Source of the DNA: Eukaryota sp. GEM-RC1
Taxonomy: Eukaryota
NCBI GenBank assembly: GCA_040285855.1
Contig: JAUFOQ010000016.1
Coordinates: forward strand, 3,224,001 to 3,288,000
Length of the DNA stretch: 64,000 nucleotides
Direction: 5' to 3'
Both the position numbers and the translations under genes were made by a program. The notes beneath the pieces are model-generated. The model ran no database searches, was not told the origin of the DNA, and was given only the letters and a program-made list of their open reading frames with translations. Below are positions 27,867 to 42,410 of the stretch, piece after piece. The stretch's first letter is position 1. Every line of letters begins with the position of its first letter.

Positions 27867-28109
27867 TTCAAGTTTTTAACTGATTTTGGATCTATGTGTA
27901 AGTCTCAGAATAAGAGATTTAATTTATCAATTTGGCATAATCGTTTGATTTTTTCTTTGTTCCGTTCGGTGCCTAAGTTCTTTAAATCAATTTTCACAAA
28001 GTTGTATAAAGACTGTGGTACTGTTGACCAGGAATTTTCGGTGTCTAGTGTTTCATAGCTTTTATTTTATTATGATATGTATTTTTGTACCCTCCATCAA
28101 TAAACTAAG
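27867..28109 (+). mobile_element. Family C 3' fragment, copy 3
   Basis: Same sequence and TSD as 19731-19973. Confidence 0.85.
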
Positions 28110-29018
28110 AATACAAGAGAAACAAATATGATGTTCCCTTGACTACTCTCAAACATTCTAGACATGTTGAGTACGAATTATGTCCTATTGCCATTTCAAT
28201 TTATGTTCGACTTGGTAAAGAAGCTCTTTGTTTTCTCTGATGTTGAGATAGTTGTAAAAAAAGAATGAACAAGACATTTGACTTTCAGTTTTGCTTGACT
28301 TGTATTGTTCATCAAAGGATTTGGCTTACATCTAGATTGAAGACGTTTCCTTTATTGTACCTTTTGAGACTATACGAGCAATTTCTGTAGAAGCTGACAC
28401 TTTGAATGAAGAGATTGGTTTAAATCTAAATATTGAAAAGTGTTTCGTTATAGGAAAACAACTTAATTTATTAACAATTCGTTCAACTGAAGTACCTTTT
28501 ATTAATTATCTTTCTGATTTCTTGATTGTTTTTTATTGGTAAAAGGAGGATGTTGTCAAAAATCTTGATGCTTACTTGATTTAGATTCAACAAGAGTTGG
28601 ATAAAATCAAAGTTCTGGAAATTAAAAACACTTAAAGTTCTTCATGCTCTAAATTTGCTATTCTGGTTTTAATCAATTTGAAGGACATATGTTCAGTTGC
28701 TTTGATTGACCAAATTCGACCAAATTCGGGATTGTTGTCCAAAGATCTTCAATGGATCACAACATTTTAGGACTTGCATTCATGATGCTGTCATAGATCA
28801 AATTCGTACAATGTGTAAGTCCCACAAAATCGAATCTTTGAAATCAATAATTCACAAATAGTGATTCTGATAATAGTTTTGGTAAAGAACGGCTGATGTC
28901 ATGGTTCCATCAGTCAATGACGAACTAACGGCTGTTGATGCGATTACTGTGAATGTTTGCAAAAAGGGCATTTAAGGATGCTAACAATGTCTCCACTTGA
29001 TTTTTCAGAACAATACAA

Positions 29019-29261
29019 TTCAAGTTTTTAACTGATTTTGGATCTATGTGTAAGTCTCAGAATAAGAGATTTAATTTATCAATTTGGCATAATCGTTTGA
29101 TTTTTTCTTTGTTCCGTTCGGTGCCTAAGTTCTTTAAATCAATTTTCACAAAGTTGTATAAAGACTGTGGTACTGTTGACCAGGAATTTTCGGTGTCTAG
29201 TGTTTCATAGCTTTTATTTTATTATGATATGTATTTTTGTACCCTCCATCAATAAACTAAG
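29019..29261 (+). mobile_element. Family C 3' fragment, copy 4
   Basis: Same sequence and TSD as 19731-19973. Confidence 0.85.
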
Positions 29262-30384
29262 AATACAAGAGAAACAAATATGATGTTCCCTTGACTACTC
29301 TCAAACATTCTAGACATGTTGAGTACGAATTATGTCCTATTGCCATTTCAATTTATGTTCGACTTGGTAAAGAAGCTCTTTGTTTTCTCTGATGTTGAGA
29401 TAGTTGTAAAAAAAGAATGAACAAGACATTTGACTTTCAGTTTTGCTTGACTTGTAATGTTCATCAAAGAATTTGGCTTACATCTAGATTGGGGCGTTTC
29501 CTTTATTGCACCTTTTGAGACTATACGAGCAATTTCTGCAGAAGCTGACACTTTGAATGAAGAGATTGGTTTAAATCTAAATATTGAAAAATGTTTCGTT
29601 ATAGGAAAACAACTTAATTTATTAACAATTCGTTCAACTGGAAGTACCTTTTATTAATTATCTTCCTGATTTCTTTATTTTTTCTTATTTTTTTTCAAAG
29701 CAAACTTTTATGGAACAAAAACACTAATATTACAAAATTGTTTCTTATTGGTAAAAAGGCAAAGTTCTGGAAATTAACAACTCTTAAAGTTCTTCATGCT
29801 CTAAATTTGCTATTCTGGTTTTAATCAATTTGAAGGACACATGTTCAGTTGCTTTGATTAACCAAATTCGACCAAATTCGGGATTGTTGTCCAAAGATCT
29901 TCAATGGATCAGAACATTTTAGGACTTGCATTCATGATGCTGTCATAGATCAAATTCGTACAATGTGTAAGTCCCACAAAATCGAATCTTTGAAATCGAT
30001 AATTCAAAAATAGTGATTCTGATAAGAGTTTTGGTAAAGAACGGCTGATGTCATGGTTCCATCAGTCAAGGATGAACTAACGGCTGTTGATGCGATTACT
30101 GTGGATGTTTGCAAAAAAAGGGCATTTAAGGATGCTAACAATGAAGTGTCTCCACTTGATTTTTCAGTACAATACAAGAGAAACAAATATGATGTTCCCT
30201 TGACTACTCTCAAACATTCTAGACATGTTGAGTACGAATTATGTCCTTTGCCATTTCAATTTATGGTCGACTTGGTAAAGAAGCTCTTTGTTTTCTCTGA
30301 TGTTGAGATAGTTGTTAAAAAAGAATGAACAAGAAATTTGACTTTCAGTTTTGCTTGACTTGTATTGTTCATCAAAGGATTTGG

Positions 30385-33300
30385 CTTACATCTAGATTGA
30401 AGACGTTTCCTTTATTGTACCTTTTGAGACTATACGAGCAATTTCTGTAGAAGCTGACACTTTGAATGAAGAGATTGGTTTAAATCTAAATATTGAAAAG
30501 TGTTTCGTTATAGGAAAACAACTTAATTTATTAACAATTCGTTCAACTGAAGTACCTTTTATTAATTATCTTTCTGATTTCTTTATTTTTTCTTATTTTT
30601 TTCCAAAGCAAACTTTTATGGAACAAAAACACTAATATTACAAAATTGTTTCTTATTGGTAAAAAGGCAAAGTTCTGGAAATTAACAACTCCTAAAGTTC
30701 TTCATGCTCTAAATTTGCTATTCTGGTTTTAATCAATTTGAAGGACACATGTTCAGTTGCTTTGATTAACGAAATTCGACCAAATTCGGGATTGTTGTCC
30801 AAAGATCTTCAATGGATCACAACATTTTAGGACTTGCATTCATGATGCTGTCATAGATCAAATTCGTACAATGTGTAAGTCCCACAAAATCGAATCTTTG
30901 AAATCGATAATTCAAAAATAGTGATTCTGATAAGAGTTTTGGTAAAGAACGGCTGATGTCATGGTTCCATCAGTCAATGACGAACTAACGGCTGTTGATG
31001 CGATTACTGTGGATGTTTGCAAAAAGGGCATTTAAGGATGCTAACAATGAAGTGTCTCCACTTGATTTTTCAGTACAATACAAGAGAAACAAATATGATG
31101 TTCCCTTGACTACTCTCAAACATTCTAGACATGTTGAGTACGAATTATGTCCTTTGCCATTTCAATTTATGGTCGACTTGGTAAAGAAGCTCTTTGTTTT
31201 CTCTGATGTTGAGATAGTTGTAAAAAAAGAACATCTAGATTGAAGAGGTTTCCTTTATTGCACCTTTTGAGACTATACGAGCATTTTCTGTAGAAGCTGA
31301 CACTTTGAATGAAGAGATTGGTTTAAATCTAAATATTGAAAAGTGTTTCGTTATAGGAAAACAACTTAATTTATTAACAATTCGTTCAACTGAAGTACCT
31401 TTTATTAATTATCTTTCTGATTTCTTGATTGTTTCTTATTTTTTTTTACCAAAGCAAAGCTTTATGGAACAAAAACACTAAAATTACAAAATTGTTTCTT
31501 GCTGTTAAAAAGGCAAAGTTCCTAAATTAAAAACACTTAAAGTTCTTCATGCTCTAAATTTGCTATTCTGGTTTTAATCAATTTGAAGGACATATGTTCA
31601 GTTGCTTTGATTAACCAAATTCGACACCAAAGACCTTCAATGGATCACAACATTTTAGGACTTGCATTCATGATGCTGTCATAGATCAAATTCGTGCAAT
31701 GTGTAAGTCCCACAAAATCGAATCTTTGAAATCGATAATTCAAAAATAGTGATTCTGATAAGAGTTTTGGTAAAGAACGGCTGATGTCATGGTTCCATCA
31801 GTCAAGGATGAACTAACGGCTGTTGATGCGATTACTGTGGATGTTTGCAAAAAAAGGGCATTTAAGGATGCTAACAATGAAGTGTCTCCACTTGATTTTT
31901 CAGTACAATACAAGAGAAACAAATATGATGTTCCCTTGACTACTCTCAAACATTCTAGACTCGTTGAGTACGAATTATGTCCTTTTGCCATTTCAATTTA
32001 TGGTCGACTTGGTAAAGAAGCTCTTTGTTTTCTCTGATGTTGAGATAGTTGTTAAAAAAGAATGAACAAGAAATTTGACTTTCAGTTTTGCTTGACTTGT
32101 ATTGTTCATCAAAGGATTTGGCTTACATCTAGATTGAAGACGTTTCCTTTATTGTACCTTTTGAGACTATACGAGCAATTTCTGTAGAAGCTGACACTTT
32201 GAATGAAGAGATTGGTTTAAATCTAAATATTGAAAAGTGTTTCGTTATAGGAAAACAACTTAATTTATTAACAATTCGTTCAACTGAAGTACCTTTTATT
32301 AATTATCTTTCTGATTTCTTTATTTTTTCTTATTTTTTTCCAAAGCAAACTTTTATGGAACAAAAACACTAATATTACAAAATTGTTTCTTATTGGTAAA
32401 AAGGCAAAGTTCTGGAAATTAACAACTCCTAAAGTTCTTCATGCTCTAAATTTGCTATTCTGGTTTTAATCAATTTGAAGGACACATGTTCAGTTGCTTT
32501 GATTAACGAAATTCGACCAAATTCGGGATTGTTGTCCAAAGATCTTCAATGGATCACAACATTTTAGGACTTGCATTCATGATGCTGTCATAGATCAAAT
32601 TCGTACAATGTGTAAGTCCCACAAAATCGAATCTTTGAAATCGATAATTCAAAAATAGTGATTCTGATAAGAGTTTTGGTAAAGAACGGCTGATGTCATG
32701 GTTCCATCAGTCAATGACGAACTAACGGCTGTTGATGCGATTACTGTGGATGTTTGCAAAAAAAGGGCATTTAAGGATGCTAACAATGAAGTGTCTCCAC
32801 TTGATTTTTCAGTACAATACAAGAGAAACAAATATGATGTTCCCTTGACTACTCTCAAACATTCTAGACATGTTGAGTACGAATTATGTCCTTTGCCATT
32901 TCAATTTATGGTCGACTTGGTAAAGAAGCTCTTTGTTTTCTCTGATGTTGAGATAGTTGTAAAAAAGAACATCTAGATTGAAGAGGTTTCCTTTATTGCA
33001 CCTTTTGAGACTATACGAGCATTTTCTGTAGAAGCTGACACTTTGAATGAAGAGATTGGTTTAAATCTAAATATTGAAAAGTGTTTCGTTATAGGAAAAC
33101 AACTTAATTTATTAACAATTCGTTCAACTGAAGTACCTTTTATTAATTATCTTTCTGATTTCTTGATTGTTTCTTATTTTTTTTACCAAAGCAAAGCTTT
33201 ATGGAACAAAAACACTAAAATTACAAAATTGTTTCTTGCTGTTAAAAAGGCAAAGTTCCTAAATTAAAAACACTTAAAGTTCTTCATGCTCTAAATTTGC

Positions 33301-35595
33301 TATTCTGGTTTTAATCAATTTGAAGGACATATGTTCAGTTGCTTTGATTAACCAAATTCGACACCAAAGACCTTCAATGGATCACAACATTTTAGGACTT
33401 GCATTCATGATGCTGTCATAGATCAAATTCGTGCAATGTGTAAGTCCCACAAAATCGAATCTTTGAAATCAATAATTAAAAGATAGTGATTCTGATAAGA
33501 GTTTTGGTAAAGAACAGCTGATGTCATGGTTCCATCAGTCAATGATGAACTAACGGCTGTTGATGCGATTACTGTGGATGTTTGCAAAAAAGGGCATTTA
33601 AGGATGCTAACAATGAAGTGTCTCCACTTGATTTTTCAGAACAATACAAGAGAAACAAATATGATGTTCCCTTGACTACTCTCAAACATTCTAGACATGT
33701 TGAGTACGAATTATGTCCTTTGCCATTTCAATTTATGGTCGACTTGGTAAAGAAGCTCTTTGTTTTCTCTGATGTTGAGATAGTTGTTAAAAAAGAATGA
33801 ACAAGAAATTTGACTTTCAGTTTTGCTTGACTTGTATTGTTCATCAAAGGATTTGGCTTACATCTAGATTGAAGACGTTTCCTTTATTGTACCTTTTGAG
33901 ACTATACGAGCAATTTCTGTAGAAGCTGACACTTTGAATGAAGAGATTGGTTTAAATCTAAATATTGAAAAGTGTTTCGTTATAGGAAAACAACTTAATT
34001 TATTAACAATTCGTTCAACTGAAGTACCTTTTATTAATTATCTTTCTGATTTCTTTATTTTTTCTTATTTTTTTCCAAAGCAAACTTTTATGGAACAAAA
34101 ACACTAATATTACAAAATTGTTTCTTATTGGTAAAAAGGCAAAGTTCTGGAAATTAACAACTCCTAAAGTTCTTCATGCTCTAAATTTGCTATTCTGGTT
34201 TTAATCAATTTGAAGGACACATGTTCAGTTGCTTTGATTAACGAAATTCGACCAAATTCGGGATTGTTGTCCAAAGATCTTCAATGGATCACAACATTTT
34301 AGGACTTGCATTCATGATGCTGTCATAGATCAAATTCGTACAATGTGTAAGTCCCACAAAATCGAATCTTTGAAATCGATAATTCAAAAATAGTGATTCT
34401 GATAAGAGTTTTGGTAAAGAACGGCTGATGTCATGGTTCCATCAGTCAATGACGAACTAACGGCTGTTGATGCGATTACTGTGGATGTTTGCAAAAAAAG
34501 GGCATTTAAGGATGCTAACAATGAAGTGTCTCCACTTGATTTTTTCAGTACAATACAAGAGAAACAAATATGATGTTCCCTTGACTACTCTCAAACATTC
34601 TAGACATGTTGAGTACGAATTATGTCCTTTTGCCATTTCAATTTATGGTCGACTTGGTAAAGAAGCTCTTTGTTTTCTCTGATGTTGAGATAGTTGTAAA
34701 AAAAGAACATCTAGATTGAAGAGGTTTCCTTTATTGCACCTTTTGAGACTATACGAGCATTTTCTGTAGAAGCTGACACTTTGAATGAAGAGATTGGTTT
34801 AAATCTAAATATTGAAAAGTGTTTCGTTATAGGAAAACAACTTAATTTATTAACAATTCGTTCAACTGAAGTACCTTTTATTAATTATCTTTCTGATTTC
34901 TTGATTGTTTCTTATTTTTTTTTACCAAAGCAAAGCTTTATGGAACAAAAACACTAAAATTACAAAATTGTTTCTTGCTGTTAAAAAGGCAAAGTTCCTA
35001 AATTAAAAACACTTAAAGTTCTTCATGCTCTAAATTTGCTATTCTGGTTTTAATCAATTTGAAGGACATATGTTCAGTTGCTTTGATTAACCAAATTCGA
35101 CACCAAAGACCTTCAATGGATCACAACATTTTAGGACTTGCATTCATGATGCTGTCATAGATCAAATTCGTGCAATGTGTAAGTCCCACAAAATCGAATC
35201 TTTGAAATCAATAATTAAAAGATAGTGATTCTGATAAGAGTTTTGGTAAAGAACAGCTGATGTCATGGTTCCATCAGTCAATGATGAACTAACGGCTGTT
35301 GATGCGATTACTGTGGATGTTTGCAAAAAAAGGGCATTTAAGGATGCTAACAATGAAGTGTCTCCACTTGATTTTTCAGAACAATACAAGAGAAACAAAT
35401 ATGATGTTCCCTTGACTACTCTCAAACATTCTAGACATGTTGAGTACGAATTATGTCCTTTTGCCATTTCAATTTATGGTCGACTTGGTAAAGAAGCTCT
35501 TTGTTTTCTCTGATGTTGAGATAGTTGTAAAAAAAGAATGAACAAGAAATTTGACTTTCAGTTTTGCTTGACTTGTATTGTTCATCAAAGGATAT
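30385..35595 (+). repeat. Insertion-free satellite stretch organised as a dimer of about 1.74 kb, 3 units
   Basis: The deletion junction aaaagaacatctagattg recurs near 31225, 32963 and 34701, and monomer variants alternate. Confidence 0.75.
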
Positions 35596-36378
35596 GGCTT
35601 ACATCTAGATTGAAGACGTTTCCTTTATTGCACCTTTGAGACTATACGAGCAATTTCTGCAGAAGCTGCCACTTTGAATGAAGAGATTGGTTTAAATCTA
35701 AATATTGAAAAGTGTTTCGTTATAGGAAAACAACTTAATTTATTAACAATTCGTTCAACTGAAGTACCTTTTATTAATTATCTTTCTGATTTCTTGATTG
35801 TTTCATATTTTTTTTACCAAAGCAAAGCTTTATGGAACAAAAACACTAAAATACAAAAATTGTTTCTTATTGGTAAAAAGAGAATGTTGTCAAAAATCTT
35901 GATGATTACTTGATTTAAATTCAACAAGAGTTGGATTAAATCTAAGTTCTTGAAATTAAAAACACTTAAAAGTTCTTCGTGCTCTAAACTTGTTATTCTG
36001 GTTTTAATCAATTTGAAGGACAGATGTTCAGTTGCTTTGATTAACCAAATTCGACAGATTTATGGATTGTTGTCCAAAGATCTTCAATGGATCACAACAT
36101 TTTAGGACTTGCATTCATGATGCTGTCATAGATCAAATTCATGCAATGTGTAAGTCCTACAAAATCGAATCTTTGAAATCAATGATTTAAAGAATAGTGA
36201 TTCTGATAAGTTATTTTGGTAAAGAACAGCTGATGTGATCGTTCCATCAGTCAAGGATGAACTAACGGCTGTTGACGTGATTACTGTGGATGTTTGCAAA
36301 AGAGGGCATTTAAGGATGCTAACAATGAAGTGTCTCCACTTGATTTTTCAGAACAATACACGAGAAACAAATATGATG

Positions 36379-37148
36379 CTGTTGTGCAAAATTGAACGAC
36401 AATATATGAACTTTGAACAATTGACCAAATGATGAAAGCTAGCCTTACTAGTATGTTTGTTTTTACAGATACACGTGCTGTTCTGTAACAAACCAAATGG
36501 CCAAAAACCTAAACGAAGTCTCATGCTAACAAGCCATTCATGATCTTTTAGATTAAAAATAAATCTCCCTGGCAATTGAGTAATGAAAGTAGATGCTGAA
36601 TCACTACTCATGTCTTGTAAAAATGCACAGAAAGCGGGACTTTTAACTTTAGCCAAGCTAATGCAGTTAGTATAGTCCAAGCTCTCATGAAAAGATACAA
36701 ATTTCTTCTGAAATTTTCTAACACCAAGAGGAAGGGAAAAAAGCGTACGTTGAGGTGTTTCCGTCACAGATGCAGGGAACAAGGATTCCCAAACATCAGG
36801 GTTCATACCATCTACAAGATTTTGAAGTGATATAAGCCATTGACAAGGCGAATATCGAATGAGATCTTCATTAGACCAAGGTAAGGGATAACGTAACTTA
36901 AATTCATACAGCAGATTCTTCAAACATCCTAAAAAGGCACCTTCACGCATATAACGAGCTTTGGAAAACCAATTCCACCAAATCTCACAGCAGCAAATGA
37001 ATGACGATGAATGGAAAGTTTTTTCGACTCTACCAGCTCTGACAAAAACTCTGTTCTCAGAGCGTTAAAACGACGAGAAAGGTCTACCGTAAGCTCAGGA
37101 GGAAACCCACGTAAAAAATGATTGACTTTACCTGCAAAACAAACTTGC
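36379..37148 (-). mobile_element. Antisense internal fragment of family B (about 770 bp, equivalent to copy 1 at about 6906-7671)
   Basis: Minus-strand ORFs QVCFAGKVNHFLRG and MREGAFLGCLK...ILHNS match the B protein. Confidence 0.9.
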
Positions 37149-37236
37149 GATGTTTGCAAAAAAAGGGCATTTAAGGATGCTAACAATGTGTCTCCACTTG
37201 ATTTTTCAGAACAATACACGAGAAACAAATGTGATG

Positions 37237-38006
37237 CTGTTGTGCAAAATTGAACGACAATATATGAACTTTGAACAATTGACCAAATGATGAAAGCTAG
37301 CCTTACTAGTATGTTTGTTTTTACAGATACACGTGCTGTTCTGTAACAAACCAAATGGCCAAAAACCTAAACGAAGTCTCATGCTAACAAGCCATTCATG
37401 ATCTTTTAGATTAAAAATAAATCTCCCTGGCAATTGAGTAATGAAAGTAGATGCTGAATCACTACTCATTCCTTGTAAAAATGCACAGAAAGCGGGACTT
37501 TTAACTTTAGCCAAGCTAATGCAGTTAGTATAGTCCAAGCTCTCATGAAAAGATACAAATTTCTTCTGAAATTTTCTAACACCAAGAGGAAGGGAAAAAA
37601 GCGTACGTTGAGGTGTTTCCGTCACAGATGCAGGGAACAAGGATTCCCAAACATCAGGGTTCATACCATCTACAAGATTTTGAAGTGATATAAGCCATTG
37701 ACAAGGCGAATATCGAATGAGATCTTCATTAGACCAAAGTAAGGGATAACGTAACTTAAATTCATACAGCAGATTCTTCAAACATCCTAAAAAGGCACCT
37801 TCACGCATATAACGAGCTTTGGAAAACCAATTCCACCAAATCTCACAGCAGCAAATGAATGACGATGAATGGAAAGTTTTTTCGACTCTACCAGCTCTGA
37901 CAAAAACTCTGTTCTCAGAGCGTTAAAACGACGAGAAAGGTCTACCGTAAGCTCAGGAGGAAACCCACGTAAAAAATGATTGACTTTACCTGCAAAACAA
38001 ACTTGC
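37237..38006 (-). mobile_element. Antisense B fragment (tandem, 858-bp period)
   Basis: Same endpoints as 36379-37148. Confidence 0.9.
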
Positions 38007-39894
38007 GATGTTTGCAAAAAAAGGGCATTTAAGGATGCTAACAATGTGTCTCCACTTGATTTTTCAGTACAATACAAGAGAAACAAATATGATGTTCCCT
38101 TGACTACTCTCAAACATTCTAGACATGTTGAGTACGAATTATGTCCTTTGCCATTTCAATTTATGGTCGACTTGGTAAAGAAGCTCTTTGTTTTCTCTGA
38201 TGTTGAGATAGTTGTAAAAAAAGAACATCTAGATTGAAGAGGTTTCCTTTATTGCACCTTTTGAGACTATACGAGCATTTTCTGTAGAAGCTGACACTTT
38301 GAATGAAGAGATTGGTTTAAATCTAAATATTGAAAAGTGTTTCGTTATAGGAAAACAACTTAATTTATTAACAATTCGTTCAACTGAAGTACCTTTTATT
38401 AATTATCTTTCTGATGTCTTGATTGTTTCTTATTTTTTTTTACCAAAGCAAAGCTTTATGGAACAAAAACACTAAAATTACAAAATTGTTTCTTGCTGTT
38501 AAAAAGGCAAAGTTCCTAAATTAAAAACACTTAAAGTTCTTCATGCTCTAAATTTGCTATTCTGGTTTTAATCAATTTGAAGGACATATGTTCAGTTGCT
38601 TTGATAAACCAAATTCGACACCAAAGACCTTCAATGGATCACAACATTTTAGGACTTGCATTCATGATGCTGTCATAGATCAAATTCGTGCAATGTGTAA
38701 GTCCCACAAAATCGAATCTTTGAAATCAATAATTAAAAGATAGTGATTCTGATAAGAGTTTTGGTAAAGAACAGCTGATGTCATGGTTCCATCAGTCAAT
38801 GATGAACTAACGGCTGTTGATGCGATTACTGTGGATGTTTGCAAAAAAAGGGCATTTAAGGATGCTAACAATGAAGTGTCTCCACTTGATTTTTCAGAAC
38901 AATACAAGAGAAACAAATATGATGTTCCCTTGACTACTCTCAAACATTCTAGACATGTTGAGTACGAATTATGTCCTTTGCCATTTCAATTTATGGTCGA
39001 CTTGGTAAAGAAGCTCTTTGTTTTCTCTGATGTTGAGATAGTTGTAAAAAAAGAATGAACAAGAAATTTGACTTTCAGTTTTGCTTGACTTGTATTGTTC
39101 ATCAAAGGATATGGCTTACATCTAGATTGAAGACGTTTCCTTTATTGCACCTTTGAGACTATACGAGCAATTTCTGCAGAAGCTGCCACTTTGAATGAAG
39201 AGATTGGTTTAAATCTAAATATTGAAAAGTGTTTCGTTATAGGAAAACAACTTAATTTATTAACAATTCGTTCAACTGAAGTACCTTTTATTAATTATCT
39301 TTCTGATTTCTTGATTGTTTCATATTTTTTTTACCAAAGCAAAGCTTTATGGAACAAAAACACTAAAATACAAAAATTGTTTCTTATTGGTAAAAAGAGA
39401 ATGTTGTCAAAAATCTTGATGATTACTTGATTTAAATTCAACAAGAGTTGGATAAAATCAAAGTTCTTGAAATTAAAAACACTTAAAGTTCTTCGTGCTC
39501 TAAACTTGTTATTCTGGTTTTAATCAATTTGAAGGACAGATGTTCAGTTGCTTTGATTAACCAAATTCGACAGATTTATGGATTGTTGTCCAAAGATCTT
39601 CAATGGATCACAACATTTTAGGACTTGCATTCATGATGCTGTCATAGATCAAATTCATGCAATGTGTAAGTCCTACAAAATCGAATCTTTGAAATCAATG
39701 ATTTAAAGAATAGTGATTCTGATAAGTTATTTTGGTAAAGAACAGCTGATGTGATCGTTCCATCAGTCAAGGATGAACTAACGGCTGTTGACGTGATTAC
39801 TGTGGATGTTTGCAAAAGAGGGCATTTAAGGATGCTAACAATGAAGTGTCTCCACTTGATTTTTCAGAACAATACACGAGAAACAAATATGATG

Positions 39895-40666
39895 CTGTTG
39901 TGCAAAATTGAACGACAATATATGAACTTTGAACAATTGACCAAATGATGAAAGCTAGCCTTACTAGTATGTTTGTTTTTACAGATACACGTGCTGTTCT
40001 GTAACAAACCAAATGGCCAAAAACCTAAACGAAGTCTCATGCTAACAAGCCATTCATGATCTTTTTAGATTAAAAATAAATCTCCCTGGCAATTGAGTAA
40101 TGAAAGTAGATGCTGAATCACTACTCATGTCTTGTAAAAATGCACAGAAAGCGGGACTTTTAACTTTAGCCAAGCTAATGCAGTTAGTATAGTCCAAGCT
40201 CTCATGAAAAGATACAAATTTCTTCTGAAATTTTCTAACACCAAGAGGAAGGGAAAAAAAGCGTACGTTGAGGTGTTTCCGTCACAGATGCAGGGAACAA
40301 GGATTCCCAAACATCAGGGTTCATACCATCTACAAGATTTTGAAGTGATATAAGCCATTGACAAGGCGAATATCGAATGAGATCTTCTTTAGACCAAAAT
40401 AAGGGATAACGTAACTTAAATTCATACAGCAGATTCTTCAAACATCCTAAAAAGGCACCTTCACGCATATAACGAGCTTTGGAAAACCAATTCCACCAAA
40501 TCTCACAGCAGCAAATGAATGACGATGAATGGAAAGTTTTTTCGACTCTACCAGCTCTGACAAAAACTCTGTTCTCAGAGCGTTAAAACGACGAGAAAGG
40601 TCTACCGTAAGCTCAGGAGGAAACCCACGTAAAAAATGATTGACTTTACCTGCAAAACAAACTTGC
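39895..40666 (-). mobile_element. Antisense B fragment
   Basis: Same endpoints as 36379-37148. Confidence 0.9.
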
Positions 40667-40753
40667 GATGTTTGCAAAAAAGGGCATTTAAGGATGCTAA
40701 CAATGTGTCTCCACTTGATTTTTCAGAACAATACACGAGAAACAAATGTGATG

Positions 40754-41524
40754 CTGTTGTGCAAAATTGAACGACAATATATGAACTTTGAACAATTGAC
40801 CAAATGATGAAAGCTAGCCTTACTAGTATGTTTGTTTTTACAGATACACGTGCTGTTCTGTAACAAACCAAATGGCCAAAAACCTAAACGAAGTCTCATG
40901 CTAACAAGCCATTCATGATCTTTTAGATTAAAAATAAATCTCCCTGGCAATTGAGTAATGAAAGTAGATGCTGAATCACTACTCATGTCTTGTAAAAATG
41001 CACAGAAAGCGGGACTTTTAACTTTAGCCAAGCTAATGCAGTTAGTATAGTCCAAGCTCTCATGAAAAGATACAAATTTCTTCTGAAATTTTCTAACACC
41101 AAGAGGAAGGGAAAAAAGCGTACGTTGAGGTGTTTCCGTCACAGATGCAGGGAACAAGGATTCCCAAACATCAGGGTTCATACCATCTACAAGATTTTGA
41201 AGTGATATAAGCCATTGACAAGGCGAATATCGAATGAGATCTTCATTAGACCAAGGTAAGGGATAACGTAACTTAAATTCATACAGCAGATTCTTCAAAC
41301 ATCCTAAAAAGGCACCTTCACGCATATAACGAGCTTTGGAAAAACCAATTCCACCAAATCTCACAGCAGCAAATGAATGACGATGAATGGAAAGTTTTTT
41401 CGACTCTACCAGCTCTGACAAAAACTCTGTTCTCAGAGCGTTAAAACGACGAGAAAGGTCTACCGTAAGCTCAGGAGGAAACCCACGTAAAAAATGATTG
41501 ACTTTACCTGCAAAACAAACTTGC
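40754..41524 (-). mobile_element. Antisense B fragment
   Basis: Same endpoints. It is open through GGIGFSKARYMREGAF (ORF 40723-41547). Confidence 0.9.
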
Positions 41525-42109
41525 GATGTTTGCAAAAAAAAGGGCATTTAAGGATGCTAACAATGTGTCTCCACTTGATTTTTCAGAACAATACACGAGA
41601 AACAAATATGATGTTCCCTTGACTACTCTCAAACATTCTAGACATGTTGAGTACGAATTATGTCCTTTTGCCATTTCAATTTATGGTCGACTTGGTAAAG
41701 AAGCTCTTTGTTTTCTCTGATGTTGAGATAGTTGTAAAAAAAGAACATCTAGATTGAAGAAGTTTCCTTTATTGCACCTTTTGAGACTAGACGAGCATTT
41801 TCTGCAGAAGCTGACACTTTGAATGAAGAGATTGGTTTAAATCTAAATATTGAAAAGTGTTTCGTTATAGGAAAAGAACCTAATTTATTAACAATTCGTT
41901 CAATTGAAGTACCTTTTATTAATTATCTTTCTGATTTCTTGATTGTTTTTGGGGTCGGGTAAATACAACACGTAAATACACCATCTCAGATTCTCTTCGA
42001 TCCTACATTGTGTTTATGATACATGGAGTTATACTCTACACAGTTGTACAAGTGCTACAACAAGTAAGTGATCTGATGGAAATATTCAGTACACGTTCGT
42101 GGACCTCCA

Positions 42110-42249
42110 CGAATAGTTTAATAAATTTGCAGGCCAAATAGCCAAACGAAGGCGCATATTGATCATCCAAGCTTCATCAGATAGATGTAATCCATACACC
42201 TTTGGAATTTGAGAAATAAATCCAGAAGGTCCACTATTACAGAGATCTT
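42110..42249 (-). pseudogene. Fragment of a further CRE-like ORF (probably family D)
   Basis: The minus strand translates DLCNSGPSGFISQIPKVYGLHLSDEAWMINMRLRLAIWPANLLNYS, homologous to A (DLKDSSSVALINQIPQIYGLLLNDHQW..FRLR..WPSNL) and B. Confidence 0.8.
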
Positions 42250-42410
42250 AATACAGTGTACAAGTAGCATTACGAAATAGAGTATGTGATCCAGTAATAT
42301 ATCGAAACCAAAGGTGTCTTCGCTTCACCGTATATTAGGGTCCCAATACAAGCAAGAAAATGTGTTTGCTTGTATAAGATATAAAGTTGCTTGTATTGGG
42401 ACACCTACGA
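42250..42410. mobile_element. Right end of a TA-flanked TIR element (Tc1/mariner-type target site)
   Basis: Ends ttgcttgtattgggacacctacga|TA, the exact reverse complement of TA|tcgtaggtgtcccaatacaagcaa at 61005. The empty site cagttatattc occurs in MITE copies 2-4. The inner boundary is approximate. Confidence 0.75.

Larger units (their letters stand above)
14000..30400 (+). repeat. Higher-order duplication of about 8.13 kb (B + five monomers, two carrying the family C insert), 2 units
   Basis: Offsets 15028->23161, 19731->27867 and 20885->29019 are all about 8133-8136. Boundaries are approximate. Confidence 0.82.
34490..41524 (+). repeat. Higher-order repeat of about 3.52 kb (two monomers + two antisense B fragments), 2 units
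   Basis: Offsets 35265->38783 and 36379->39895 are about 3516-3518. Confidence 0.8.
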
